Assembly: GCA_016204385.1 (NCBI GenBank)
Contig: JACQKW010000015.1
Location: 98,155 to 162,154, forward strand
Length of the DNA: 64,000 bases
Direction of reading: 5' to 3'
DNA from: Candidatus Liptonbacteria bacterium
GTDB lineage: Bacteria; Patescibacteriota; Minisyncoccia; UBA6257; 2-01-FULL-56-20
In this document: in pieces, positions 1 through 9,411 of the stretch
Numbering within the stretch: the stretch's first letter is position 1
Layout of the letters: every line of letters begins with the position of its first letter
The notes under the pieces: generated by a model
Database searches by the model: none
Told to the model about the DNA's origin: nothing
Seen by the model: the letters and a program-made list of their open reading frames with translations, nothing else
Translations under genes and position numbers: made by a program

Positions 1-433
1 GCGCATGCTTCGAAAACGCCGCCTCCATTTTTACATAGTCAATTTCGTTGTACACATCGCCGTAGATTACAAAAAAATTGTCTTTGAGATAGCCCGCTCC
101 GCCAGAGGCGGATCCGCCTTCGGCGGAGAAATTTTTCATTCCCCCTGCCGTGCCTCGGATTTCGGGCTCTTCGAGCACGTAGGTGATCTTCACGTCCCAT
201 TTGGAGCCATTACCAAAATAGCCGCGAATTTTCTCGGGGAGATAGAAGAGATTAATAAAAAACTCTTTGACGCCGTGCGCTTTGAGGCGTTCGATTTGCC
301 ACTCCAAAATCGGTTTCCCCAAAAGCGGCACCATCACTTTCGGGATAGCGTCGCCGGTTATTTCTTTAAGCCGCGTACCGAGCCCCGCGGAGAGGATTAC
401 GGCCTGACTTATGGCTGACGACTTATGACTCAT
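1..433 (-). CDS. Sugar-1-phosphate nucleotidyltransferase, partial at the N-terminal part because the gene runs off the window start. Candidate D-glycero-alpha-D-manno-heptose-1-phosphate guanylyltransferase (HddC-like).
   Basis: My own translation of the minus strand from the ATG at 431-433 gives MSHKSSAISQAVILSAGLGTRLKEITGDAIPKVMVPLLGKPILEWQIERLKAHGVKEF. The G-x-G-T-R-L motif is typical of NTP-transferases. The gene overlaps the gmhB stop by 11 nt. It is absent from the ORF track because it is truncated. The plus-strand ORF 5..418 is its antisense shadow. Confidence 0.6.
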   Translation of the reverse strand, partial: MSHKSSAISQAVILSAGLGTRLKEITGDAIPKVMVPLLGKPILEWQIERLKAHGVKEFFINLFYLPEKIRGYFGNGSKWDVKITYVLEEPEIRGTAGGMKNFSAEGGSASGGAGYLKDNFFVIYGDVYNEIDYVKMEAAFSKHA

Positions 434-977
434 GACTGATAATCTTTACCGCGTTTAACAAGTTTTTCCCGACAAAATTCGGTTTCACGTGCGCAAATTG
501 AGGGTCATTACTCCTCACGCTCGATTTCACAAAAATCGTCTTCAACCCCGCCGCTTTCCCTGCCATAATATCCCACGCGTGGTCGCCCACCATAAAACTG
601 CCTCTACGGGAAATGCCAAATTTTTTCATCGCCTTCAGAATCATCCCCGGCTTCGGCTTCCGGCAGGAGCAATTCTTGCGATACTTTTTAAGATTCGCAT
701 TCGGATGGTGCGGGCAGTAGTAGATTGCGTCAATTTTTGCTCCTTGTTTCGCCAGTCGCTTTATGAGCACATCATGAATGTGCTCAACCTGTTTTTCGGT
801 GAGCCACCCCCGCGCGATGACCGGCTGATTTGTGACAATTATCGTTAAAAATCCAAGCTTATTGATTTGCTTTATGGCTTTCGCCACGCCCGGAAGAATT
901 TTAAGCTGCGAGAGACGGCGCAAGACATCAACCTCTTTGTTGATAACACCGTCCCGATCGAGAAAAACCGCGCGCAT
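423..977 (-). CDS. gmhB: D-glycero-D-manno-heptose 1,7-bisphosphate phosphatase (HAD superfamily, GmhB)
   Basis: An N-terminal FLDRDGVIN HAD motif I, a GDHxxD-type motif (MVGDHAWD), about 180 aa. It sits in an operon with gmhA and the heptose kinase. Confidence 0.8.
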   Translation of the reverse strand: MRAVFLDRDGVINKEVDVLRRLSQLKILPGVAKAIKQINKLGFLTIIVTNQPVIARGWLTEKQVEHIHDVLIKRLAKQGAKIDAIYYCPHHPNANLKKYRKNCSCRKPKPGMILKAMKKFGISRRGSFMVGDHAWDIMAGKAAGLKTIFVKSSVRSNDPQFAHVKPNFVGKNLLNAVKIISHES

Positions 978-979
978 TT

Positions 980-1582
980 TTACGCTGAATGATCGGCTAA
1001 GTGGTTAAAGTAATCTTTAAAATACTTGATCATCATGTGAAGAATCACGCCGTGGATGCCTTCGACGAGGAAATAGTTCCCCGTTTCCGCCGGGACGTAG
1101 ATCTTGGCGTCCGCGAGTTGGTTCAATTTGTTCCCCGCGTCGAAACCGGACACGCCGATCACGGGCACGTGTCGGGCTTTCGCAAGTTCCACCGCTTTAA
1201 TCACGTTCGACGAATTGCCGGAGCTTGAGATCGCGATAATCGCGTCCGAATCCTGGAGGTAATTCTGGAGCGGCCCCGCAAAAATCATATCAAACCCGAT
1301 GTCGTTCGCCCACGCGGTAATCTCTGATTCGGTCGAGGGCAAGCGGATTGCCTGAAAACGCCGGTGGTGCTTGTCAAGATTGCTGTCGAAAACCGTTTTG
1401 TTGAAATCCGCCACCCAGTGCGTTGCGATTGCCATCGAACCGCCGTTTCCGAACACGTAAATTCTCCCGTCGCGCTCGTACGCGGCCTGGAGAATATTCA
1501 ATGCCTTCGCGATTTCCTCATCGGGGAGGTTGCGGAGCGCTTCTTCGGCTTTTGCTGAAAAGTTTCGTATGTATTGCTTCAT
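980..1582 (-). CDS. gmhA: Phosphoheptose isomerase (SIS domain, GmhA)
   Basis: 200 aa. The SIS-fold signatures are present (GNGGSMAIATHWVADF... IAISSSGNS). The size and context match sedoheptulose-7-phosphate isomerase. Confidence 0.85.
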   Translation of the reverse strand: MKQYIRNFSAKAEEALRNLPDEEIAKALNILQAAYERDGRIYVFGNGGSMAIATHWVADFNKTVFDSNLDKHHRRFQAIRLPSTESEITAWANDIGFDMIFAGPLQNYLQDSDAIIAISSSGNSSNVIKAVELAKARHVPVIGVSGFDAGNKLNQLADAKIYVPAETGNYFLVEGIHGVILHMMIKYFKDYFNHLADHSA

Positions 1583-1587
1583 ATTGC

Positions 1588-2646
1588 TTATACAAACGAT
1601 CTATTGTGATAATCTCCGTTATAGAGAACCTCGGTGCCGCACTGGACAAACTTTACCGGCAACTCGCGGAAATCGGCAAGGTTTTTTTCTTGCGCGACGC
1701 GCCGGACGGCTTCACGGATCTCATTCTTCTTCTCGGGCGGCGCGAGAAAGAGCACGCAACCGCCGCCGCCCGCGCCCAGGACCTTCCCTCCCCATGCGCC
1801 GTGATCCATTCCTGCGGCATAGAAATCGTCGATAAGCGAATTTGAGACATTTGATGCCAAGCTCTTTTTTTTGAGCCACCCTTGGTGGAGCATCCCGCCA
1901 AGGCCCTTATAGTCCGCGGAGAGCAAACGAGTCGAGAATTCATGGACGGAGGCAGCCATCTCTTTGAGCGTCTCAAACTTCTTGTCAATATTTGATTTCT
2001 GTTCGGTTAAAATGGAGGATGCCGCCCTCGTAATGCCGGTAAAGAACAAGAGAAGATGGTTCTCGAGGCCGAGACGCTTCTTGTAATCGAGGAGTACCGG
2101 ACGCACCTCCACGGATTCATCGGGATTGAACTGTATGATATTAAACCCGCCAAATGAGGCGGCGTATTGGTCTTGTTTTCCAATCGGCTCGCGAACAAGT
2201 TCGATCTCAAGGCGCGAAGCCGCCTCCGCCGCCTCCTGCTGATTGATTTTTTTCCCCTGATACGCATGAAGCCCCTTCATGAGGGCGACCGAAAAACTGG
2301 AGGACGAGCCGAGGCCGGTCTTTGCGGGCAAGGTCGCAAATGAGCCGATCTCGATATTTTTGTGGATCCCGAGATCGAGAAGCGCTGCTTTAATCCGTGT
2401 GTGTTCAAGCTCGCTCGGGTGCGCCGCGGTTTCCGACTTTGAATACCGCGCAGATACTTTATCAATAAGCGGCGTCCTGTTTATGACCACATATACATAT
2501 TTATCGATCGTGGTCGAAATGACCCTTCCGGGAGAGCGGCGATAAAAATCTGCGAGGTCGGTTCCCCCGCCCACGAAACTTATTCTTAATGGTGCGCGTA
2601 CGACAATCACCAACATACGATAAAACAAGGAGAGGCAACGTGTCAA
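1588..2646 (-). CDS. hddA: GHMP-family sugar kinase, candidate D-glycero-alpha-D-manno-heptose 7-phosphate kinase (HddA-like)
   Basis: The PLRISFVGGGTD motif near the N-terminus, a glycine-rich GLGSSSS ATP loop and a C-terminal GAGGGG. The true start may be the internal Met at about 2616 (MLVIVVRAPLRISF). Confidence 0.7.
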   Translation of the reverse strand: MTRCLSLFYRMLVIVVRAPLRISFVGGGTDLADFYRRSPGRVISTTIDKYVYVVINRTPLIDKVSARYSKSETAAHPSELEHTRIKAALLDLGIHKNIEIGSFATLPAKTGLGSSSSFSVALMKGLHAYQGKKINQQEAAEAASRLEIELVREPIGKQDQYAASFGGFNIIQFNPDESVEVRPVLLDYKKRLGLENHLLLFFTGITRAASSILTEQKSNIDKKFETLKEMAASVHEFSTRLLSADYKGLGGMLHQGWLKKKSLASNVSNSLIDDFYAAGMDHGAWGGKVLGAGGGGCVLFLAPPEKKNEIREAVRRVAQEKNLADFRELPVKFVQCGTEVLYNGDYHNRSFV

Positions 2647-2670
2647 AGCGTGCTACAATAGACATATACG

Positions 2671-3933
2671 ATGACCATCCCCGCACGCTTTTCACAAAAA
2701 ATACTCCTCGCGGGAAAAATACTGTTCCTGCTCGGCGTCGCGTTTCTTATCATCCGGAAAAACACGTACCCGTGGCCGCTCAAACGGGCGAGCGACGTTT
2801 TTTTTCTGCTCTCCGCCCTCTCGGCGCTCTCATACGCCGCACTCCGAAGAGAATGGAATCTATTCGTACGTGCCGCCGAAAGGGTGCGGGTTGGGCTCGC
2901 GCTTATATTCTCGGGGCTCTTCCTTGCCTCACTCGCCGGTTATTTCATTCAGGATGTCTCCCTTGGCACAGAAGGGTGGCTTTCACTCGGAAGATTCACC
3001 GAAGTCGCAGTGATTCTTCTTCTCGTGGGATTCTTCCAGTCGCAGGATGCAAACTTTTTTAAAAAAATAGCCATCGCACAGCTCTCGACGCTCGCATATC
3101 TCGGCGCACTTCTTATCCCGAACGATCTCGACATTCACCTGTACCGTTTCGAACTCTTCGAAAACTGGCCGTCGAACGTCGCGTACTACCTTCTCGTGAG
3201 TTTGAGTTTGTTCATCGTCTTCGCGCTTCAGCGCCTCAAGCCGCTCCAATGGAAGTTTTTGCTTTTCTACGTGCCCGCGGCGGGCCTCTTCGCTATTTTT
3301 CTCTGGGCGCAATCCCGCGCAAGCTGGATCGGTTTTGTAATCGCAACGCTCTTGATCCTCGGTATCTGGAGCATAAAGGCGGGCGGGGGCATGCTCCCGC
3401 GCTTTCTTTTCGGAGGCCTTCTCTCCGTCTCGCTCGTAATCACGGGGTTTTTGATACTGCCATCTCTGCCCCGAGGCGAGGTGATTATAAGGTTTTCTCC
3501 TTCTCCCCAAATGCCGGTGCAAACGGATGGACTCCCCCTTGTCCAAAAATCCCCTTCTCCATCGCCCGCGTTCGGCTTCTACGAACCATCACGGCCATAC
3601 CTGTGGAACGCGTATACAGAAAAAATCGCGGATCAGCCCCTTGGTTTCGGATTGAACTACGCGCCCATATGGTACGAAGGGAGCGCGCGCGGCCCCCATA
3701 ACACCATACTTGAACTCATCGTGCTCGGCGGCTATGTCACGCTCGCCGGTTTTCTGTATCTCCTCTACCGCGGATTCGGCAACGTCGCCGCAAAATTGAA
3801 AGAATCACGCGATACCGCGTGGCCGCTCTATGTCTTTGCATCGCTCACCGCACTCGTGGTCGTCTCTCTCTTCGACAACATGAGCACATTCCGGCTTCTG
3901 TGGATCGTCCTCGGCATGGCAATATATCTCTAA
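2671..3933 (+). CDS. Polytopic membrane protein of the O-antigen ligase / Wzy_C family
   Basis: About 12 predicted TM segments. It carries a QSRASWIGFVIATL segment resembling the Wzy_C motif and a large periplasmic loop. A candidate extended -10 promoter (TGcTACAAT) lies at about 2651-2666. Confidence 0.5.
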   Translation: MTIPARFSQKILLAGKILFLLGVAFLIIRKNTYPWPLKRASDVFFLLSALSALSYAALRREWNLFVRAAERVRVGLALIFSGLFLASLAGYFIQDVSLGTEGWLSLGRFTEVAVILLLVGFFQSQDANFFKKIAIAQLSTLAYLGALLIPNDLDIHLYRFELFENWPSNVAYYLLVSLSLFIVFALQRLKPLQWKFLLFYVPAAGLFAIFLWAQSRASWIGFVIATLLILGIWSIKAGGGMLPRFLFGGLLSVSLVITGFLILPSLPRGEVIIRFSPSPQMPVQTDGLPLVQKSPSPSPAFGFYEPSRPYLWNAYTEKIADQPLGFGLNYAPIWYEGSARGPHNTILELIVLGGYVTLAGFLYLLYRGFGNVAAKLKESRDTAWPLYVFASLTALVVVSLFDNMSTFRLLWIVLGMAIYL

Positions 3934-4028
3934 AATTCACCTTTACCTCACGTCAGACGATCGTTCGACATGAAGTAAATTTAAACCAGTGAGCACGTTG
4001 TTCGCCACGGAGTTTTACAGTCGGCATG

Positions 4029-5135
4029 TTACGCGATCCCCTTCTTGAGCGCGGTAAGCCCGCGACGATCAACCCTCTTGTCAAATCCCTCCTCCGTAAA
4101 CCACCGAACATAGTCGCGGATTGCTTCCGCAGAAGCGTGCTGCGGCCTCCATCCGAGACGCTTTAATTTTGAGATGTCGGAGACCGCATGCCGCGTGTCT
4201 GTCCTCCGGAATGCTCCAATTGCAATGGGCGATGGGGAAGCGGTGATTTTCTTCACTAACTTTGCAAAATCTAATACCCGGTATGCGCTTCCTCCTCCGA
4301 CGTTGAAAATTCCGAAATCGGTTTTCCGGTTCGTGAGCGCCAAAAGGTTCGCGCGCACCACGTCGCGGATATTCACAAAATCCCGCGTCTGCATGCCGTC
4401 TTCATACACCGTGATCGGCACCTTCGCGAGCGCCTGGCTTACAAAAATGCGGAGCGCACCGGAATAAAGATTTCTCGGCGACTGGCGGGGGCCCTGCACG
4501 ATCGAGTAGCGGAACGCGGTCGTCGGAATCCCGTACGTTTTCCCGAGACGCATTGCACAATTCTCAAGCGCCTGCTTGGAAAGGCCGTAGGAATTCGTCG
4601 GCATCACGTCCTGATCTTCGCGGAATGGAATGGAACGCGCAGGTCTTCCGTGCGGGCAAAGAATATCCCATTTCTTCCGCTTGAGTTCTATAAGGGCCCG
4701 CAGTTCAGGATAAAACATCGATTCCGAATGCGCGCAGCGGTATACCCCATCGCCGTAGACAAATTGGGAGCTTGCAAGCACCACTTTTTTGACGGGAAAA
4801 CGCCGTTCAACGATTGTCTCATACAGAAGCGCGGTTGAAACCGTGTTCGTGGTAAAAAATGTGCTGAAATCGAGCCGCTGGTCCTGATATGCCGCGAGAT
4901 GATAGACGCAGGACGCGCCGCGGAGCGCTTTTTCCCACATTTTCTTCTCGCGCACGTCGCCCCGAATAAGCTCGAAGCCCTTCTGCAGAACGTAGTTCGG
5001 CCACCGCCCCGTATGCACCGGCGGCGAGAGGTTGTCCAGGATTTTTACCTTATATCCTTTTTTTGCGAGGGCGTCTGCGGTGTGCGACCCAATGAATCCG
5101 GCGCCCCCCGTCACCAGTGCGTATCGCTTCTTCAT
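4029..5135 (-). CDS. NAD-dependent epimerase/dehydratase (extended SDR) with a Cys/His-containing insertion
   Basis: An N-terminal TGGAGFIGSH Rossmann motif and a YxxxK catalytic motif (YGLSKQ). There is an about 40-aa insert (CAHSESMFYPELRALIELKRKKWDILCPHG). Confidence 0.75.
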   Translation of the reverse strand: MKKRYALVTGGAGFIGSHTADALAKKGYKVKILDNLSPPVHTGRWPNYVLQKGFELIRGDVREKKMWEKALRGASCVYHLAAYQDQRLDFSTFFTTNTVSTALLYETIVERRFPVKKVVLASSQFVYGDGVYRCAHSESMFYPELRALIELKRKKWDILCPHGRPARSIPFREDQDVMPTNSYGLSKQALENCAMRLGKTYGIPTTAFRYSIVQGPRQSPRNLYSGALRIFVSQALAKVPITVYEDGMQTRDFVNIRDVVRANLLALTNRKTDFGIFNVGGGSAYRVLDFAKLVKKITASPSPIAIGAFRRTDTRHAVSDISKLKRLGWRPQHASAEAIRDYVRWFTEEGFDKRVDRRGLTALKKGIA

Positions 5136-5171
5136 ATTTCGGTGTCACACCACATTGTAGCCGAGAAACGC

Positions 5172-6131
5172 CTATCCTCCAAGCAGGCGGCGCTGCTTCG
5201 ATGCCCAAAGGGATTGGATCGCTGCGCTCACAAAAGAGATCGGAAGAATCCGCACGAGGGACACAAGAAGCCGGCAGAGCACAGACAATGGAAATTTCTC
5301 CCACGCCTGCCGGAGGGTTCCTTCGAACTCTTCCCTTCGTCCCGCCACAAGGTACGCCACGGCAAGTTTGAGCCGTGTGTTCCGCATGACTTGTTCTGCT
5401 CCATACTTCCTTCGTTCCTCATCTGACATTTCCGAAAAAATCCGCTCAAGACTTCTCACGTTCGAACGCTTCATGCGGTACTGATTCTCAAACCGCGAGT
5501 GGCTCCCTTTCCGCAGACGGTTGTAATGAAGCTCTTCGGGAATGAAACCGAACCGCACGCCGCGCCTCGCCATGCGGAGCCACAAGTCCCAATCCTCCGC
5601 GTCGCGGAAACCGGGATCAAACCCCCCGGCCGCGGCAAACACCTCCCGCCGCATCATGAGCACATTCGGATTTATAAGATTCCACCGGAGGAGCGGCGCG
5701 AAAATATCCCCCGAGAAGCGCGCCCTCCGGTAGTGGAGAAATTTCTCCGGTTCATCCTCGTAGAAACTTATAAAATGGCAGTACACCGCGCCGCACTCGG
5801 GGTGAGATTCAAGAAACCGCACCTCTTGTTCCGCCTTCTCGGGATGGTAATAATCATCGGGATCAAGAAACGTGATGTACTTGCCGCGCGAGAGTTCAAA
5901 AGCTTTATTCCGCGCGCGGGAAACGCCCGCGTTTTCTTGGTCGTGATACACCACTCGCGAATCTTTCCTGTACCGCCTGATTTTTTCTTCCGTTTTGTCA
6001 GTTGAGCCGTCGTTTACAATCACAAGTTCTATGTTTTTGTACGTCTGATTCAGAGCAGAATCAACCGCTTTCTCGATAAATCGTTCGGCGTTATACGCCG
6101 ACATCAAGATGGAAACAAGAGGTGGTTTCAT
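5172..6131 (-). CDS. Family 2 glycosyltransferase (GT-A fold)
   Basis: VSILMSAYNAERFIEKAVDSALNQTY...VNDGSTD and a DPDD (DxD) motif. Confidence 0.8.
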   Translation of the reverse strand: MKPPLVSILMSAYNAERFIEKAVDSALNQTYKNIELVIVNDGSTDKTEEKIRRYRKDSRVVYHDQENAGVSRARNKAFELSRGKYITFLDPDDYYHPEKAEQEVRFLESHPECGAVYCHFISFYEDEPEKFLHYRRARFSGDIFAPLLRWNLINPNVLMMRREVFAAAGGFDPGFRDAEDWDLWLRMARRGVRFGFIPEELHYNRLRKGSHSRFENQYRMKRSNVRSLERIFSEMSDEERRKYGAEQVMRNTRLKLAVAYLVAGRREEFEGTLRQAWEKFPLSVLCRLLVSLVRILPISFVSAAIQSLWASKQRRLLGG

Positions 6132-7156
6132 CGAATTGATGCGTAGAGTTTTAACATCTCTTCTGCGCGGCGGCGGTAGGTATGCTCGTGACGCGCCCTT
6201 TCAATACCCCGCGCTCGGATCTCTTCCCGTGCGCGTTCGTTCCTTAAATAATAGTCAATTTTTCGAAACCAGTCCGCATCGTCCTTCGCGATAACGATTT
6301 CTTTGCCGGGCACGAAGAATTTTTCGATCCCCGCGCAGTTATCGGTAAGCTCGAAACCCCCCGCGGCGGGAATCTTGAATTCCCGCTCGTTTGAAATATT
6401 TAAAACCCCTCCCTTCCCGTCGTCGGGATGGATATTGAGCGATATCTTTGCGGAAGAATAGAGGAATCGCTCCTCATTGACCGGCAACTGGACGCGCATC
6501 CCGTAGAGGACTTCAGCCATGCGATGCCACCGCATTTTTTTCGATGCCCGCCCAAGCGCTCCGAGCGCTTTGTCCTTCGCCGTCCATCCGGGCCCAAAGA
6601 CAATGACATGATAGTTCTTCAGAAGGGGAAAAAGCAATCTCCCGAACCTCTCTTTTTTTGTCCATAAATTTGCGCCTATAAAACAGACGTCGCATTGGTA
6701 CCGAGGAACGGGGGCGACGGGGAAATGCGTCCGGGGGTTCGCGGCAAGCGGAATGATCGTATAGCCGACCCCCGAAACTTTCTGAAATCCCTCCATGGCG
6801 GTTTCCGAATAACTCGTAAAATATGCATCCTGCCAGCCCTCCGTTCGAAGAAGCCGCTTTTTCGCTTCTGTGTCGCCGAAATCTTCCCCCAGCCGTACGA
6901 ATACTTTCCCTCCGCCGCCGCGAAAACGCCTGAGTACGCCCAAGAAATCCTGCCCGAGAAGCAATAAATCGTTTTGTGAGGTGAGAAAGAGGTTCGGCGA
7001 GGTGTTTCGCAACACCTCGCCCAAATTCTCGTGATTCTCGAACACGGATACCTCGTGTGCCAAATCAGTGAAGGCGTCGCGGAAACCCTCAAAAATCCAG
7101 CGGTCGGCCCCCAAGCCGTACCTGAACGGTATGTGATAGAGGATTCTCATCAACAT
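6128..7156 (-). CDS. CgeB-like glycosyltransferase (DUF3880/Glyco_trans_1_2-like), paralog type A
   Basis: 342 aa. It is a clear paralog of 17029..18036 (MRILYHIP..., shared C-terminal R..EHTY..R motif). The stop overlaps the next gene by 4 nt. Confidence 0.6.
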   Translation of the reverse strand: MLMRILYHIPFRYGLGADRWIFEGFRDAFTDLAHEVSVFENHENLGEVLRNTSPNLFLTSQNDLLLLGQDFLGVLRRFRGGGGKVFVRLGEDFGDTEAKKRLLRTEGWQDAYFTSYSETAMEGFQKVSGVGYTIIPLAANPRTHFPVAPVPRYQCDVCFIGANLWTKKERFGRLLFPLLKNYHVIVFGPGWTAKDKALGALGRASKKMRWHRMAEVLYGMRVQLPVNEERFLYSSAKISLNIHPDDGKGGVLNISNEREFKIPAAGGFELTDNCAGIEKFFVPGKEIVIAKDDADWFRKIDYYLRNERAREEIRARGIERARHEHTYRRRAEEMLKLYASIR

Positions 7157-7167
7157 GCTGTTGCGTA

Positions 7168-8217
7168 CTATACAACACCTACGTTCTTAAAAATATCCTC
7201 GAACCGTTTCTCGTACGTATGCTCGCGGAGCGTGCGTTTGTACGCGGCATTCGCGATGCGTTCGCGCTCCCCATCGTGCGCGAGATAATGCTTTACCTTC
7301 TCCACGAGGTCGCGCGGCGACCGATAGAATGCCATCTCCTTCCCTTCCTCGTAATAACGCGGAATGTCCTCTGAAAATCCCGAGATCACGAATGCGCGGC
7401 ACCCTGCAAGCTCGAACGGCCTTGCGTGCGTATGCGGAATGCTGAAATGGAGGTACGCGCGGAGATTATTAATGAAATGGAAATCCGGGACTATACGCTG
7501 CGCGGATCGCTTGAATAAGATGCGCGCGAGCACGCGGGGAGAGAACAAGCTCGCTCGTCCCGTGAGATTCAAATTGATCTTGCTCCGCGAAAAAATGCGG
7601 AGCATTTCCTCATGCGACACCTTGCCTCCGGGCCAACCGTACCCGAAGGTTTGCACTTTGACCCCTGCGTCCTTTAGTGCATTAATAACGCCTGCGCGCT
7701 GGGGCTTCCACTGTCCCACGAAGCTTACCTCAAAGTCCTTCGGCACATCCACGGGCTTATAGAGATTCGTGTTGCACGCCCACTGGGATAAAATCACGTT
7801 CTTGCAGCCGCGTTTCCCGTACCACGCAAGCGCCTTTGAATAGGTGGTTACCGCCAAATCAAAATACGGCGGCCAGTACTTGGAATAATTCCAGAACCGC
7901 CAATAATCGTCCGCGAACCACGCTACGCTTTTTGTATTCGTTTCTTTCCTTATAAAGCGGAGAGTATCGAAGTCAAGTTCGTTCGTGTACATGAACGCGA
8001 ACAATACGTCGGGCTTTCTTTCTTTGAGCAATTGAATGAGTTCGCTATTCCACTTTTTCCTCCCCTTTTTCACGATCGGATCAAAAGGAAATTCAGTCAC
8101 GAGAATTCCCGGCATATTCTTGAGCGTGGAATAGAAATTTGTGTATTCAAAGCTCAATCCTCGATTCGGATCATAATTCTCGCGCTCGAGCCCCGTGTAG
8201 AGGATCTTTATCCCCAC
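7168..8217 (-). CDS. CgeB-like glycosyltransferase, paralog type B
   Basis: 349 aa with a GTG start. It is a paralog of 28211..29284 (KILY/ENYDPNRG..., C-terminal LREHTYEKRF). Confidence 0.6.
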   Translation of the reverse strand: MGIKILYTGLERENYDPNRGLSFEYTNFYSTLKNMPGILVTEFPFDPIVKKGRKKWNSELIQLLKERKPDVLFAFMYTNELDFDTLRFIRKETNTKSVAWFADDYWRFWNYSKYWPPYFDLAVTTYSKALAWYGKRGCKNVILSQWACNTNLYKPVDVPKDFEVSFVGQWKPQRAGVINALKDAGVKVQTFGYGWPGGKVSHEEMLRIFSRSKINLNLTGRASLFSPRVLARILFKRSAQRIVPDFHFINNLRAYLHFSIPHTHARPFELAGCRAFVISGFSEDIPRYYEEGKEMAFYRSPRDLVEKVKHYLAHDGERERIANAAYKRTLREHTYEKRFEDIFKNVGVV

Positions 8218-8218
8218 A

Positions 8219-8347
8219 CCTAATAAGCTTTGAGGCTTTCGGCAAGTTGCCTCATGAGCTGATTGAACGCATTCGACCTTAACTTCAAATTCTTCATGCT
8301 CCTCATACTATACACGTAGCACGTAGTAGATAGCGAAGCTTATTAGG
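8219..8347. repeat. Perfect 12-bp inverted repeat (CCTAATAAGCTT ... AAGCTTATTAGG) flanking a 105-bp intercistronic spacer
   Basis: Seen directly. The left arm is at 8219-8230 and abuts the start of 7168..8217. The right arm is at 8336-8347, just downstream of the stop of 8357..9262. Confidence 0.6.
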
Positions 8348-8356
8348 CGTGAGGAT

Positions 8357-9262
8357 TTAAAGCCATCTCTTATAGAGGGCGTGCCCGCCGCGATAGAGCG
8401 ATGTCCCGAAAAACGAGAGGATATACTGCGCATATGCAGTATAATTCGACGGCGAAACGGAAAGCGCTTTTTTTAAATACGCTCGTCCCTCCTTGAGCTC
8501 TCCCGCCCTGCAAAACTTCCCGCCGATCGCCTGGAGGTACGAACTGCGGCAACGCGGACGCGTTTTAAGAATATCCGCGAACTCCCGGCATACCTTGCGT
8601 TCCGCGTTCGCAGCATCCAAGAGGCGGTCCCCGAGGCGCGCGCCAGAGTGCGTACGAATTTTAAGAATCGCATCCGGCACAAAGTCCACCTCGAATTTTC
8701 TCATGAGACGGAGGTAAAATTCCCAGTCCTCCGAGGTCTTGAGTGCTTCATCGTACCCACCCACCGCACCAAACACGCTCTTCCGAATCAGTGGATTTGA
8801 CGCGGAACCGGTGAGCGGATCCCGTTCGCAAAGATACGCTTCAAGCACCGATCCGCGGAGTTTTGGCCGAAATGTTTCATACGTTTTTCCGTCACGCACG
8901 CGGCGGAAACCGCCATAGATCATTCCTACCCGTTCTGAAGATTTTCCGAAAAGCGCGAGTTGCTTTTCGAGTTTCTCGGGAAGCCACTCGTCGTCATCGT
9001 CCAAAAAGCCGACAAATTCGCCCTTCGCCTCGCGCACTCCCCGGTTGCGCGCCTCCGAAATCCCGATTCGCCCGTGGTTCACATAGCGAATTCTTTTGTC
9101 GCCGAAACTCCTGACAACTTCTTCGGTATCATCGGTGGAACCGTTGTCGAGCACGAGAAGCTCGAAATCCTTGACTGTCTGCGCAAGCACGCTCGCAATC
9201 GCAGATTTGAGCATGAGAGAGCGATTCCATGTGGTGATGACCGCAGAAATTTTCGGTTTCAT
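8357..9262 (-). CDS. Family 2 glycosyltransferase
   Basis: MKPKISAVITTWNRSLMLKSAIASVLAQT...LDNGSTDDT and a DDDDEW motif. I chose the start at 9262 rather than the track's 9310. The conserved GTAAAG-type motif abuts this ATG, as it does for other island genes. Confidence 0.75.
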   Translation of the reverse strand: MKPKISAVITTWNRSLMLKSAIASVLAQTVKDFELLVLDNGSTDDTEEVVRSFGDKRIRYVNHGRIGISEARNRGVREAKGEFVGFLDDDDEWLPEKLEKQLALFGKSSERVGMIYGGFRRVRDGKTYETFRPKLRGSVLEAYLCERDPLTGSASNPLIRKSVFGAVGGYDEALKTSEDWEFYLRLMRKFEVDFVPDAILKIRTHSGARLGDRLLDAANAERKVCREFADILKTRPRCRSSYLQAIGGKFCRAGELKEGRAYLKKALSVSPSNYTAYAQYILSFFGTSLYRGGHALYKRWL

Positions 9263-9270
9263 ACACGATA

Positions 9271-9300
9271 CGTAAAGTGTAATGGGTAAAGCGTAAAACG
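9271..9300. promoter_or_regulatory. Conserved island motif, instance 1 (CGTAAAGTGTAATGGGTAAAGCGTAAAACG)
   Basis: Direct repeats of GTAAAG/GTAATG with 8-bp spacing, immediately upstream of the start of 8357..9262. Related copies are at 16091, 28191 (inverted), 31162 and 32396. Confidence 0.4.
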
Positions 9301-9411
9301 CAAAGCGCAATGCGCAAAAGTTTTTCTGCGGACACTGCGCATTACGCGTACCCCTTACGATGCCTTACTCATTTCATAGAGTCGTGATAGAATCGGTAAG
9401 TTACAAAACTC

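Noticed and set aside
5-418. 137-aa plus-strand ORF at the window start
   Set aside because: It is antisense to a much more convincing minus-strand NTP-transferase reading frame (GLGTRL motif) that continues the gmhB operon. Its composition is typical of a shadow ORF.
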